A stretch of DNA of 35,015 bases from a virus. Of the stretch, positions 8,851 through 17,897 are shown in pieces. A program made the translations under genes and the position numbers. Under the pieces are notes generated by a model. It did no database searches. It was not told the DNA's origin and saw only the letters and a program-made list of their open reading frames with translations. Within the stretch, counting starts at the first letter, position 1; every line of letters begins with the position of its first letter. The DNA lies in UHGV virus genome UHGV-0006788; one strand, given 5' to 3'.

Positions 8851-9603
8851 ATGAAAGGAGGCATAAATTTGGATACTAACAGTCCATTAATTGAAGTCGA
8901 GCAGAACACTTCAGACATATATATTCCGTTGCAAGCCTGGTTCGAGGGGAGAAAATTCCTTTCACACAGATTTTCGGGCCAAAACTGTAGTGATAATCCA
9001 TCAAGTGATTGGGAGGCTTGGTTATCAATACAGGAATGCTGTCCTCTCCATCAGGTCAATAGTCTTAACTGGGTCGGACTGCATGAAGCTAGGAAAAATA
9101 CAGATTCATTCTTGGGGAATGTGAAGAGTGAATTTAATGGAAAGCTTCCCATTTTTATTCATGAAAAGGAGAGGGTGATAATCGAAAAAAAAATCGGCAT
9201 TCCTCCCAAACCCTCATTACCAATCTATTTAATATCATGCTCTGATATGGATGATACCAATGAACACATTGTTTATGTCGGAAAAACCGTTAACTCCAAA
9301 AGGTTTATTGGCGGTCACTCGGCTGCCTTAAAGTTGCTAGATCCCAAATATAATAATATGAAAAAGAGGATATATAGAGCCACCCCATGGTTTTATGATG
9401 GAAAAGACTATATTTCACTGGATTGGATTAGTCCGACATCATTAGCTATAGAATTACTTGACTTTATAGAGTCTCATCTTATTTACAATCTCAAGCCGGA
9501 ACTCAACACATCGAAGAAAAAAAATGAAGATACACGTTATTCTTTTTATCTTCACATTCAGAACTTTTTATCAACAGGCTTTCTTAATGATGAGTTTATT
9601 TAA
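8851..9603 (+). CDS. Cargo protein with a putative GIY-YIG-type nuclease domain
   Basis: 250-aa ORF in a visibly AT-rich island. The segment PIYLISCSDMDDTNEHIVYVGKTVNSKRFIGGH has the GIY...YIG spacing and the following Arg/His seen in GIY-YIG nucleases such as I-TevI and UvrC. The AAAGGAGG Shine-Dalgarno sits inside the annotated first codons, so the true start may be the in-frame TTG at 8869. Confidence 0.6.
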   Translation: MKGGINLDTNSPLIEVEQNTSDIYIPLQAWFEGRKFLSHRFSGQNCSDNPSSDWEAWLSIQECCPLHQVNSLNWVGLHEARKNTDSFLGNVKSEFNGKLPIFIHEKERVIIEKKIGIPPKPSLPIYLISCSDMDDTNEHIVYVGKTVNSKRFIGGHSAALKLLDPKYNNMKKRIYRATPWFYDGKDYISLDWISPTSLAIELLDFIESHLIYNLKPELNTSKKKNEDTRYSFYLHIQNFLSTGFLNDEFI

Positions 9604-9639
9604 TATCATTACTTATTAACATAGTAGAGATTAAACTAC

Positions 9640-9704
9640 GTCCGCTCCTGGCAAGCAGCGGACATTGCTGGCTGAGTTGAGGGTCCGCTGTGAGCGAGGA
9701 GCGG
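9640..9704. repeat. Pair of palindromic hairpin elements with arms GTCCGCT / AGCGGAC
   Basis: gtccgct-cctggcaagc-agcggac (9640..9663) and tccgct-gtgagcgagg-agcgga (9684..9704), between the two convergent cargo genes. A related palindrome occurs at 11786..11809. Confidence 0.5.
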
Positions 9705-9978
9705 AAGTTCAAAATTTTTCATAACGACTGATGAGAACAACACTAATTTTCGAACTTACTGGTACAAAAAATTTCCATAATCTTATAAAAAGTGGGGGAG
9801 TCAGTATGGTTCAATATTTGAAATACTACTTGTTTATGTTGAGAAAATTTTAAGCTTGACCTGGTTACCAGATTACAGCCGATCAACACCTAGACATCGA
9901 AACTTAGAGGTACCTCTGCTTTCAGGCATACTTAGAGGTCTATGTCTAAACCACCCGCTATGCAGGTGGTTGATTTAC

Positions 9979-11514
9979 CTAATTCGGCCTTGCTTGAATA
10001 GCAGACTCTATAGCTGCTCGGAATTCCGGGGCATCAGTTCTTAATCGATAATCATCAAGGGTATTGAATATTTCTAGAAGTTCTCTACGATAATGCGGCG
10101 GTGCTGAATTACCTTCGCCTCTAGTGGTGAAAATTAATAATGAGTCAGCGACGTCTTTTAATTTTTTATTCCTTTTCAACCTAATATAACAAGATACAAC
10201 TATATCAAGAATATGCTTTCTAGATTTCAAGGTGAGTTTATTATTAGGCATAACCAACTGCAGCATAGCACCAAGTAATTTGGTAGCCTCTTTTGAAATA
10301 TAATGAAGATCGAAATTATCTATTTCTTTATTTTCTTGAGGAATCTCCTTTTCATCTATCCATTCGCATTGTTCTGCCCAATCTGTAGCGACGCTAAATA
10401 AATGACAGAGAAGGAAGTGAAAAGGTGTTTCCCATTCACCACTATATTCATCTGATTGCCTATTCATATTCTTTATAATTTTCCTTGCGAAATATGAATA
10501 GTAATGCAACCATAAATGATCCTGAAGACCCTGGTGAATACCTTCATGAACCATAATTTCAAACAGCGTGACACCTGAGTAAATAGGACATTTATATTTT
10601 GAAGCATCGTAATAGGAACCTAAAGACTTATTAAGTGCAGCAATAATTTTTTCATCTTCATCTAACCTCCAGTAGAGATAGTCACCGATATCACGGTATA
10701 TTGCTAAATCAGCTGCAAACTTAGCATTGGAAAAGAAAAAATGTAATATACGGTTGTTTTTTGGAATCAATAAACGATGTCCTCGACTAACGTTAAGATT
10801 ATTTTTAAGCTCAACATATAGACGACTGTTAGGTGAACCAAGTAATGCACTGATAAAATTAGAAGTAAAGTCAGAACGAACTATTGGCTCGATCTTGATT
10901 AACTCAAGGCAGAGGGATGGGTGCGCAAGTGCAAAGTGATTGGTAAGTTCAGGTGATGAGACAATATTTAACAATGCTTCATGTGCATGTTCAGCAGCTG
11001 TCTCGCGATTAGAGATGCGGAGATTGTTAGCTATCTTATCACAAAGTCGATTCTTCACAGGTCTATCAATTATTGATATTAATTTTTCTAGTTGAGGTGC
11101 CAACAATTGTGCCAGATCGTCGTATCGTTTAGTAAGGTGCAAATTTTCCACTAACTCTAGAAATATCCCTGTTCTTCCAATTGAGAGTTTAGGGTTTTTT
11201 AAGCGAAATAAAATGTAAATAGCAACTGCGAGTGATATCAGGTATACGGCACTTGAACTATCTAATCCCCATTTCCAGGGGCCAAAGCTAAAATATAAGT
11301 CTAGTGATTTTAAAGCCGGTGCAAACACCAAATAATTGCTTAGTAAGAATGCAAACCCAACAATTACCCAATCCCACCACGCTAGGCAGAACCTTAAACG
11401 TAGTCGAGCGTTTGGCGTAATAAGGGCCCATACAGCAGCAATAACGCCCAATATGGTAAGTAGACTTGATGTATCAATTTTGGTTGGCGGTGTCATAATT
11501 TCTCTTGTAATCAT
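9979..11514 (-). CDS. Cargo protein, membrane-anchored (hydrophobic N-terminal segments), function unknown
   Basis: 511-aa ORF in the AT-rich island; the first ~110 residues hold several hydrophobic stretches (LLTILGVIAAVWALI, WDWVIVGFAFLLSNYLVFAPAL, AVYLISLAVAIYILF), followed by a ~400-aa soluble region with no motif I recognise. Confidence 0.65.
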   Translation of the reverse strand: MITREIMTPPTKIDTSSLLTILGVIAAVWALITPNARLRLRFCLAWWDWVIVGFAFLLSNYLVFAPALKSLDLYFSFGPWKWGLDSSSAVYLISLAVAIYILFRLKNPKLSIGRTGIFLELVENLHLTKRYDDLAQLLAPQLEKLISIIDRPVKNRLCDKIANNLRISNRETAAEHAHEALLNIVSSPELTNHFALAHPSLCLELIKIEPIVRSDFTSNFISALLGSPNSRLYVELKNNLNVSRGHRLLIPKNNRILHFFFSNAKFAADLAIYRDIGDYLYWRLDEDEKIIAALNKSLGSYYDASKYKCPIYSGVTLFEIMVHEGIHQGLQDHLWLHYYSYFARKIIKNMNRQSDEYSGEWETPFHFLLCHLFSVATDWAEQCEWIDEKEIPQENKEIDNFDLHYISKEATKLLGAMLQLVMPNNKLTLKSRKHILDIVVSCYIRLKRNKKLKDVADSLLIFTTRGEGNSAPPHYRRELLEIFNTLDDYRLRTDAPEFRAAIESAIQARPN

Positions 11515-11785
11515 TGTTTGATGTACATCGGAATGGTTTCAAATGATAAGGCTCTGTGTATGATAAATCAGAACGTTATGCACGTTTAAGAATACCCTCA
11601 AAATGGCACATTTTAATCTAAAAATGGCATTAAATGGACACTACTTGTCCACACAAGTTTTTTTCAGTCGGCTTTTCCCGACTAACGTTTGGGGTGTCCT
11701 ATTGAAACTACGCTCCTTATAAAAGCAATACTGTAGCTGTATGTTTATCAAAGGGGTTGTGCTAACCAAATTACTGAAGCCTAAG

Positions 11786-11809
11786 GTCCGCTCTTGGCAC
11801 AGAGCGGAC
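11786..11809. repeat. Palindromic hairpin related to the 9640..9704 elements
   Basis: gtccgctct-tggcac-agagcggac, a 9-bp perfect stem; the loop-proximal ggcacagag can alternatively pair with ctctgtgcc at 11827..11835. Lies between the cargo island and the stop of G. Confidence 0.5.
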
Positions 11810-11870
11810 TGTCAGATCAGGCTTTACTCTGTGCCATAGATATGTAAGCTCACACCAGAGCTCATACAAC

Positions 11871-12398
11871 TTATTGTGGCATTTTCGGCCATTCGGGATT
11901 TGCAGGATCCACACGGCTGACCAGAACACTGTAGCGTTCCCATGCTTCCAGTCGGCTATGCTCCTCATCTGTTGCCATGTTCAGCCTGACAGCGCGCTCC
12001 AGTGGCTGAATAACGCTTTCCGCTTCGGAAAGTAACGCGGCCTTTTGTGATTCTGTCTGTTGTTGCTGTTCGTCTGCCGTATAAATCCGCTTAATCACGG
12101 CACCATCCTTAAACATCCATTTACCTGAGTCATCAGCACGTCGGTTGGCGGTAATATCAGGAACCTCGACAACGCTAAAACCTTCAGGGTTAAGCGTTGA
12201 AGCATCTCTGGTGATGCCGACAATTATATTATTCTCGTCGTAAACAATCTTTATCGTGTCTTCCTGAAAATTACTTACTTCCTCATACCAGTTTTTTCCG
12301 TCTTCGGACCATAACCAGATAACATCAAAATTTTTTGTCAGTTGATATTGAGCAACAGTTTTTGGATTACCCGCAGTAATATTTTTTAAATGCTGCAT
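11871..12398 (-). CDS. G: Tail fiber assembly chaperone (P2 gpG family)
   Basis: 175-aa ORF, the same length as P2 gpG, immediately downstream of the tail fiber gene H. Confidence 0.85.
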   Translation of the reverse strand: MQHLKNITAGNPKTVAQYQLTKNFDVIWLWSEDGKNWYEEVSNFQEDTIKIVYDENNIIVGITRDASTLNPEGFSVVEVPDITANRRADDSGKWMFKDGAVIKRIYTADEQQQQTESQKAALLSEAESVIQPLERAVRLNMATDEEHSRLEAWERYSVLVSRVDPANPEWPKMPQ

Positions 12399-12401
12399 AA
12401 A

Positions 12402-14492
12402 TTACACCTGTGCGACGTTATACCATGTGCCATTGATGTATTTTTGTATCGGTCTGAATACTGCGGGGTCATCACCATCGACTTCACCGACAATACCAAG
12501 CCCTGTAATTACGTGCCCTGCTTTCTCATACATAACCCCTTTCTGCATAGTCTGAACAACACGAGTGCCCAGGCGAATATCCCGGACATAGCGAGAATCT
12601 GATTCAGCTTTGGTGTATGCACCAACATCTCCCGCTGATGGTTTTCGTGTTGTGGTATAGAAATCAGACCAGCCAGATTCAAAACCATAACCATCACGGG
12701 CTGACCTGTAAGATATACCGCCATTTTTATAATTCACACGAAACTGTACAGCCGGGCAGCTACCAGCATTTATATTAAAGTGAAGAATTAATGCAGATGC
12801 TCCCCCAATCAGAGCGTTGTATGCGCCACTGTCCCAATTCCATCCAACGGCTGTATCACCATTAACCGTATTACCTGTCTGCCGAAGTGCAAATGCACCG
12901 ACATTTCTGGCATTAAGGGTAATATCTCCAGAACCATCAAAGGCAACACCTGCTATTTTCCTCGGTGTTTCGAGTTTTGAGGCTGTTGCAGCATTTCCTG
13001 AAAGGCTGGAAATAAATGGATGTGAACAGTAATAACCACGTCCATTTTTAAAATCCAGAATAGCCTGTACGTTCGTGCTTTCTGTAGCGGGATTAGTTGC
13101 CCCCCACTTATATGTCGTCTGACCGACGACATAATACTCTGTCGGAACAATAACCGTTAGCCCTTCCTCTGCAAGAATTTGTACTGGGAAAGCTCTGGCT
13201 TCAACATAAAAAACACTACATACATCATCATCTTTCAGGCTTGTAACAATGGAATGGATTGAACGCTCATTAGTCTGATACGTCCAGAAATAACCTGCCG
13301 CATATGAACCACGATCGGTCCAGCCTCCGGGCATAACCATGCCATTAAACTCGCAGTTATTCATTACATAATCGCCGTTATAACAACCAGTTGAAATAAC
13401 GACGCGGGATGCCATTTCTCCTGAAAGGCTGGCAGCACGGCGAAAGATAACGGGATACCACTTCCCGGCAACGACATTTGCAGGGGCTGCAAACGAATAC
13501 TTTCGCATTCCCTTTTTCTTATCCACTTCACCTTTGCTGTAAACATTAATGTTACTCAGGAAGCGTCCTTTATCAGGAATATCCGCACCGTTCTGATCTT
13601 TCTGAAGACGTTTTTCAGCATTGTCATAGGCAGACTTCACCGCTTTTGGTGTTGCAGCCAGCGTTTCAGAATCACTGTTGGTGGCGCTACTGAGCTGGAC
13701 AAGACCTTTTCGCGCTGTGGTGGCATCCTGTGCAGTGTATTTCCCGTTAGCAAGGTCATACGCTGTCTTAACCGCCTTTGGCGTTGCCGCAAGCGTTTCA
13801 GAATCGCTGTTGGTGGCGCTACTGAGCTGGACAAGGCCTTTTCGCGCTGTGGTGGCGTCCTGTGCAGTGTATTTCCCGTTAGCAAGGTCATATGCTGCTT
13901 TTACCGCTTTTGGTGTTGCGGCGAGTGTTTCAGACGTGCTGTTGGTCGCACTGCTTAACTGAGTAAAACCTTTGGCGGTCAGCGAGGCGTCCGGGTGACG
14001 TCGTGACTGTTCATGTTCTGCAATTTTGTCATCAACGTAATCCTGCGTTGCCATCACCGTTGTGGTGTCAATGGTCAGCGCCACTGAGGCCACACTGCTG
14101 ACGATGATGACCATGCGGCAGGTCTGCGAACGCCCTGAGCCTTCGGCAAGAGCTGGCTTATAACTTTCAGCCATGTTCGCCACGGCAATTAACGTTCCAG
14201 CATCATCGTACAGGCCAAGCTCACGCATCCAGAAACCCCCCACCTCCGGCGGAATAACCAGCTCTGCGATAATATAATTACTGTTTCGTTTGTCCTGGCT
14301 GATTTTGTTCAGCGCATGTCGCCAGACTTCGTGGATAAGCCCGGTCTGTCCGGCATCCGGGACTGGCAATTTACCACCGCCATCCCCGACGGCCATCGTG
14401 GTAATGTTGACCTTCCGCCCTCCCGGCGCGGTTGCCGCTGCCAGCTTTGCTGCACCAGCAGTGGTGATAACGGTTCTGAATTTTGTGCTCAT
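12402..14492 (-). CDS. H: Tail fiber protein (P2 gpH family) with internal tandem repeats
   Basis: 696-aa ORF; the N-terminal region is as expected for gpH; residues ~174-293 contain about 2.7 tandem copies of a 44-aa unit (KG..QLSSATNS.SETLAATPKAVK.AYDLANGKYTAQDATTAR); C-terminal receptor-binding part follows. Confidence 0.85.
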   Translation of the reverse strand: MSTKFRTVITTAGAAKLAAATAPGGRKVNITTMAVGDGGGKLPVPDAGQTGLIHEVWRHALNKISQDKRNSNYIIAELVIPPEVGGFWMRELGLYDDAGTLIAVANMAESYKPALAEGSGRSQTCRMVIIVSSVASVALTIDTTTVMATQDYVDDKIAEHEQSRRHPDASLTAKGFTQLSSATNSTSETLAATPKAVKAAYDLANGKYTAQDATTARKGLVQLSSATNSDSETLAATPKAVKTAYDLANGKYTAQDATTARKGLVQLSSATNSDSETLAATPKAVKSAYDNAEKRLQKDQNGADIPDKGRFLSNINVYSKGEVDKKKGMRKYSFAAPANVVAGKWYPVIFRRAASLSGEMASRVVISTGCYNGDYVMNNCEFNGMVMPGGWTDRGSYAAGYFWTYQTNERSIHSIVTSLKDDDVCSVFYVEARAFPVQILAEEGLTVIVPTEYYVVGQTTYKWGATNPATESTNVQAILDFKNGRGYYCSHPFISSLSGNAATASKLETPRKIAGVAFDGSGDITLNARNVGAFALRQTGNTVNGDTAVGWNWDSGAYNALIGGASALILHFNINAGSCPAVQFRVNYKNGGISYRSARDGYGFESGWSDFYTTTRKPSAGDVGAYTKAESDSRYVRDIRLGTRVVQTMQKGVMYEKAGHVITGLGIVGEVDGDDPAVFRPIQKYINGTWYNVAQV
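13614..13973. repeat. Tandem 132-bp repeats (about 2.7 copies) inside the tail fiber gene H
   Basis: Near-identical DNA units visible on direct reading (for example cgctgttggtggcgctactgagctggacaag near 13676 and 13808); they generate the repeat-driven spurious ORFs on both strands. Confidence 0.8.
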
Positions 14493-14502
14493 TATTCCTC
14501 AC

Positions 14503-15033
14503 TTATCCGGGGTAAACCGTAATTACATCGCCGTCATAAGCCACACCACCGGCGAACAGGTAGCCGGGAATGTCCCGGGTAATGTTCAGACCAATAAGGT
14601 GACGGCTTGCAGGTTTGGCATCAGCAATCAGCCGTTCCATTTCCTGATACATTGCCTCTGTGATACCGCTTTCCAGTACACCAATATCAAGGCGGAAGGT
14701 GCCGGGCGGGTCACTGTTTTCCCACCACTCCGTCACGTTGATGAGATAGCCGAGCGGCTCCACCACACGCCGGATTGCGCCGATAGTGCCTTTATGACAG
14801 TGGATGAAATAGGCATCGCGGATAACGGCGCGTTTTGTCGCTTCCGGCCACTTTTCATCCCACCTGTCGACCGAAAACGCCCACGCCAGCCACGGCAGCA
14901 GATTTGCCGGGCAGGTGTCCGGGTTCCACAGCTCACGAATCCTGACCGGCGTTTTTTCAATTTCCGCACAGGCTTTTGCGGCGGCAACTTCAAGCGGTGA
15001 TGAGCCGGTCGGCAGCAGGCGCGAATCACTCAT
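14503..15033 (-). CDS. I: Baseplate assembly protein I (P2 gpI family)
   Basis: 176-aa ORF, the same length and position as P2 gpI. Confidence 0.85.
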   Translation of the reverse strand: MSDSRLLPTGSSPLEVAAAKACAEIEKTPVRIRELWNPDTCPANLLPWLAWAFSVDRWDEKWPEATKRAVIRDAYFIHCHKGTIGAIRRVVEPLGYLINVTEWWENSDPPGTFRLDIGVLESGITEAMYQEMERLIADAKPASRHLIGLNITRDIPGYLFAGGVAYDGDVITVYPG

Positions 15034-15934
15034 CCGAGCCTCCGGTCACGACGCGGTATTCGGTACAGAAAGACGCCTGCGTACTGTTGAGCACGATGTC
15101 GGCCAGTGGTGCAGCCAGTTCGACACGCTGCACACCTTCCACATGCAAAGCGGCATAAATGGCAGACAGACGGATGTCACGCCCCAGCCGGTGCTGTGCC
15201 GTGATATACGCTTCCAGTTTTTTCACGGCGGCAGCGCGAATGGGTTCGCTTTCGGGACCAGGGTAAAGGTAAAGCGTGGCGTTTATCTGGTATTCAACGA
15301 TGGCGGCAGACTGCACGGTCACGCGGTCGGCCACCGGCCTGACATCCTCGCCATTAAGGGCGTTACGTACCACAGCCAGCAGGTCTTCGGATGCCACACC
15401 GTTATTCTCACGTGACAGCACAGAGATGGTGACGCAGGCCGGAGACGGACTGGTGACAGAGATATCCGCGACACGCCCGTCAGCACTGCGACCATGATAC
15501 TGATAGGCTCCCACCGACCCGGCGACGCTTAAGCCCTCAAACGCCTGCTGAATACGCAGACGATAATCGGTGTCAGACTCCATCACTGCCGGTGTCGGCG
15601 GGATAGTCGAATCATCTGCCGGGGTGATAATCAGGCGCGTGGTGTTGTAATTGGCACCAATCACATCAAGGTCATTACCGGCGGCACAGGCCAGCATCAC
15701 CGCCCGTGCGGCCTCATTCACACGCTGACGCCAGATAAGCTCACGATAAGCATTTTCCTCCAGAAGTTTGACGAGAGGCTCGGATTCCAGCGTCAGGGTA
15801 CGGGCGACCGCCTCCTGCTGGTCTTCCGGGTAAAGGGAAATCAGTGTCGCCTTGCGTTCGGCAAGAATGGTTTCAAAGTCCAGCTCCTCGACCACATCCG
15901 GTGCGGGTAGCTGGTTCAGGTCGATAATCGGCAT
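15026..15934 (-). CDS. J: Baseplate assembly protein J (P2 gpJ family)
   Basis: 302-aa ORF, the same length and position as P2 gpJ; overlaps the start of I. Confidence 0.85.
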   Translation of the reverse strand: MPIIDLNQLPAPDVVEELDFETILAERKATLISLYPEDQQEAVARTLTLESEPLVKLLEENAYRELIWRQRVNEAARAVMLACAAGNDLDVIGANYNTTRLIITPADDSTIPPTPAVMESDTDYRLRIQQAFEGLSVAGSVGAYQYHGRSADGRVADISVTSPSPACVTISVLSRENNGVASEDLLAVVRNALNGEDVRPVADRVTVQSAAIVEYQINATLYLYPGPESEPIRAAAVKKLEAYITAQHRLGRDIRLSAIYAALHVEGVQRVELAAPLADIVLNSTQASFCTEYRVVTGGSDE

Positions 15935-15938
15935 GGTT

Positions 15939-16286
15939 TCAACTCACAGGGATGGTTAACGAAAGTGGCTGGCCGATGTCGTTGTGCTGGCCGGTTAACG
16001 TGACCGTCATTCGCCCGTCAAAACTGCGCTCAGTGGTGACGGATGACAGGGTGACGCGGGGTTCCCATTTCAGCACCGCCATGTAACAGGCGACCTTAAT
16101 CTGCAACTCAAGCGCCGGGGTCTGCGGCTGGTCAATCATTGACGCCAGCAACGAGCCGTAATCACGACGCATCACCCGTGAGCCGACCGGTGTGCGCAGG
16201 ATATCGCCGATACTCTGGCTGATATGCTCAAGGTCAGTGACAGTCAGGCCATCACTGCGATTCATTCCGAGATAACGCGCTGTCAT
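15939..16286 (-). CDS. W: Baseplate wedge protein W (P2 gpW family)
   Basis: 115-aa ORF, the same length and position as P2 gpW. Confidence 0.85.
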   Translation of the reverse strand: MTARYLGMNRSDGLTVTDLEHISQSIGDILRTPVGSRVMRRDYGSLLASMIDQPQTPALELQIKVACYMAVLKWEPRVTLSSVTTERSFDGRMTVTLTGQHNDIGQPLSLTIPVS

Positions 16287-16918
16287 AGAGGACTCCCGGT
16301 TGTGCCGCCGCTGTCGCCGGGGTGTTTATGGGTATGCAGTACCTTACCGTTTGATGAGAGTTCACCGCCGGTGTGTTCAATGTTGCCGCGCATCGTCCCG
16401 CCCTTCTGCACTTCCAGCGTGCCGGTAATCAGCCTGTTGGTGCAGACCACCTCCGGTGTGTCCAGGGTGACGCGGGTTGATGCTTTCACCGTGACCACCG
16501 GCACCGTGGCAGTAACAGAATCAGAAGCCGTCACGCTGGCCGTTTTAATTCCGCTTACCGTGAGTGCACTGGTTTCGGGTTCATACTCAATCACCGCCCC
16601 GTCAGGGAAACGGATATGCAGGGCATCCGCCGACGCAGACGGCGCGGGGTTATCGCCGGAATAAATCCCCGGCAGAACGAACGCCGTGTCGAGTTCACCA
16701 CCCACGGCCAGAATCAGCACCTGTTCCCCCACGGAAGGTGCCCACCATGTGCGCGAACGCCCGGCGCGATGGGTCAGCCACTGAAGCCAGTCGGTGCACA
16801 TGCCGCCAGTCTGCACACGGCAGCGACCGGCGTTAAGGTCGGTTTCGACGACAAGGCCGGTGCGAATCATGTTGCGCAGTGCGCGCGCGAGTTCCTGAAT
16901 ATTTGCGAGAGTGTTCAT
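16283..16918 (-). CDS. V: Baseplate spike protein V (P2 gpV family)
   Basis: 211-aa ORF, the same length and position as P2 gpV. Confidence 0.85.
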   Translation of the reverse strand: MNTLANIQELARALRNMIRTGLVVETDLNAGRCRVQTGGMCTDWLQWLTHRAGRSRTWWAPSVGEQVLILAVGGELDTAFVLPGIYSGDNPAPSASADALHIRFPDGAVIEYEPETSALTVSGIKTASVTASDSVTATVPVVTVKASTRVTLDTPEVVCTNRLITGTLEVQKGGTMRGNIEHTGGELSSNGKVLHTHKHPGDSGGTTGSPL

Positions 16919-16984
16919 AACGGGAAGGATGCCGCCGGGTCATACCGGCGGCAATGTGACGATGAGGTGTCAGGAATGGCACAA

Positions 16985-17437
16985 CTAACGGTCGAGGTGA
17001 GCCAGGATAATCTCTTCAATCATCTGCACATCCTCACTGGTAAAGCCGAGCAGAGGACGCGCCGGATAATCAATTTTCTTACCGTCTTTCCGGTTTTCTT
17101 CCGACAGACCGAACTGATGCACGCTGGCGATTTTCGGTGACTTCCCGCCGTAAAACTCCATTGATGCCTGTTCCGGGCTGGCGCGGATATGCAAAAAACG
17201 ACTGGTGATAAGTTTCGCAAACATTTTTCGCTTAACACGACCGGTCTTTTTTCTGGCGCTCTGCTGCTGGCGTGGCGCGTAGGGTGTGCCGTCCGGGGCT
17301 TTCTGTGCCATCACCCGACGCTGCTGACTCTGACGCAGACGTTTCGCCAGTTCGGCACTCAGTCGTCGACGCCCTGACGGTGACAGCGACTCAATCAGTC
17401 CGGTCAGCCGGTCTTCAAAACGCTTAAACTCATTCAT
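16985..17437 (-). CDS. S: Tail completion protein S (P2 gpS family)
   Basis: 150-aa ORF, the same length and position as P2 gpS. Confidence 0.85.
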   Translation of the reverse strand: MNEFKRFEDRLTGLIESLSPSGRRRLSAELAKRLRQSQQRRVMAQKAPDGTPYAPRQQQSARKKTGRVKRKMFAKLITSRFLHIRASPEQASMEFYGGKSPKIASVHQFGLSEENRKDGKKIDYPARPLLGFTSEDVQMIEEIILAHLDR

Positions 17438-17897
17438 CCCACTTGCTCACCAGTTCGCCATTGATATACAGCTCCATCGGGCGGGTGACCGGCTCCGGCG
17501 GCGGGGGTTCCGGGATATTCTTCACATGCAGCGCGCCGTCCACCTCACTGACCAGCGTGCGCTCGGTCAGCATCAGGCTGATGCTGATATCAAAGCTGCT
17601 GTCATTGTTGATGTCCGCATAAAACGTGAAGCCCTTTTTCTGGCCTGCGTCGGTGGTCATGATGTCGGGCTGATTTTCCCGCAGCCACGCCAGCACCGGC
17701 ACGATGAGCAGGTCAAAATCACCGGTAAAGTCGGTCACAATCACATTGAGCGTGTAACGCTTTTCGAATGACAACGACGTCGCCAGCGTGGAGGCAATAC
17801 TCCCGTTATCAACGAATATCCGCAGCATCTCGGGACTGGTTTTCAGCACCGTGACGGCATCAGTCAGCGCCCTGCGCAGGCTGTCGGGTTTGAGCAT
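17430..17897 (-). CDS. R: Tail completion protein R (P2 gpR family)
   Basis: 155-aa ORF, the same length and position as P2 gpR. Confidence 0.85.
   Translation of the reverse strand: MLKPDSLRRALTDAVTVLKTSPEMLRIFVDNGSIASTLATSLSFEKRYTLNVIVTDFTGDFDLLIVPVLAWLRENQPDIMTTDAGQKKGFTFYADINNDSSFDISISLMLTERTLVSEVDGALHVKNIPEPPPPEPVTRPMELYINGELVSKWDE

Noticed and set aside
9816-9863. 15-codon mini-ORF (MVQYLKYYLFMLRKF) with an upstream GGGGGAG motif between the convergent cargo genes
   Set aside because: Too short to support from sequence alone; it may be a chance ORF in AT-rich intergenic DNA.
13637-13962. 84-aa and 94-aa ORFs on both strands with internal repeats
   Set aside because: They are reading-frame artefacts of the 132-bp tandem repeats inside tail fiber gene H.
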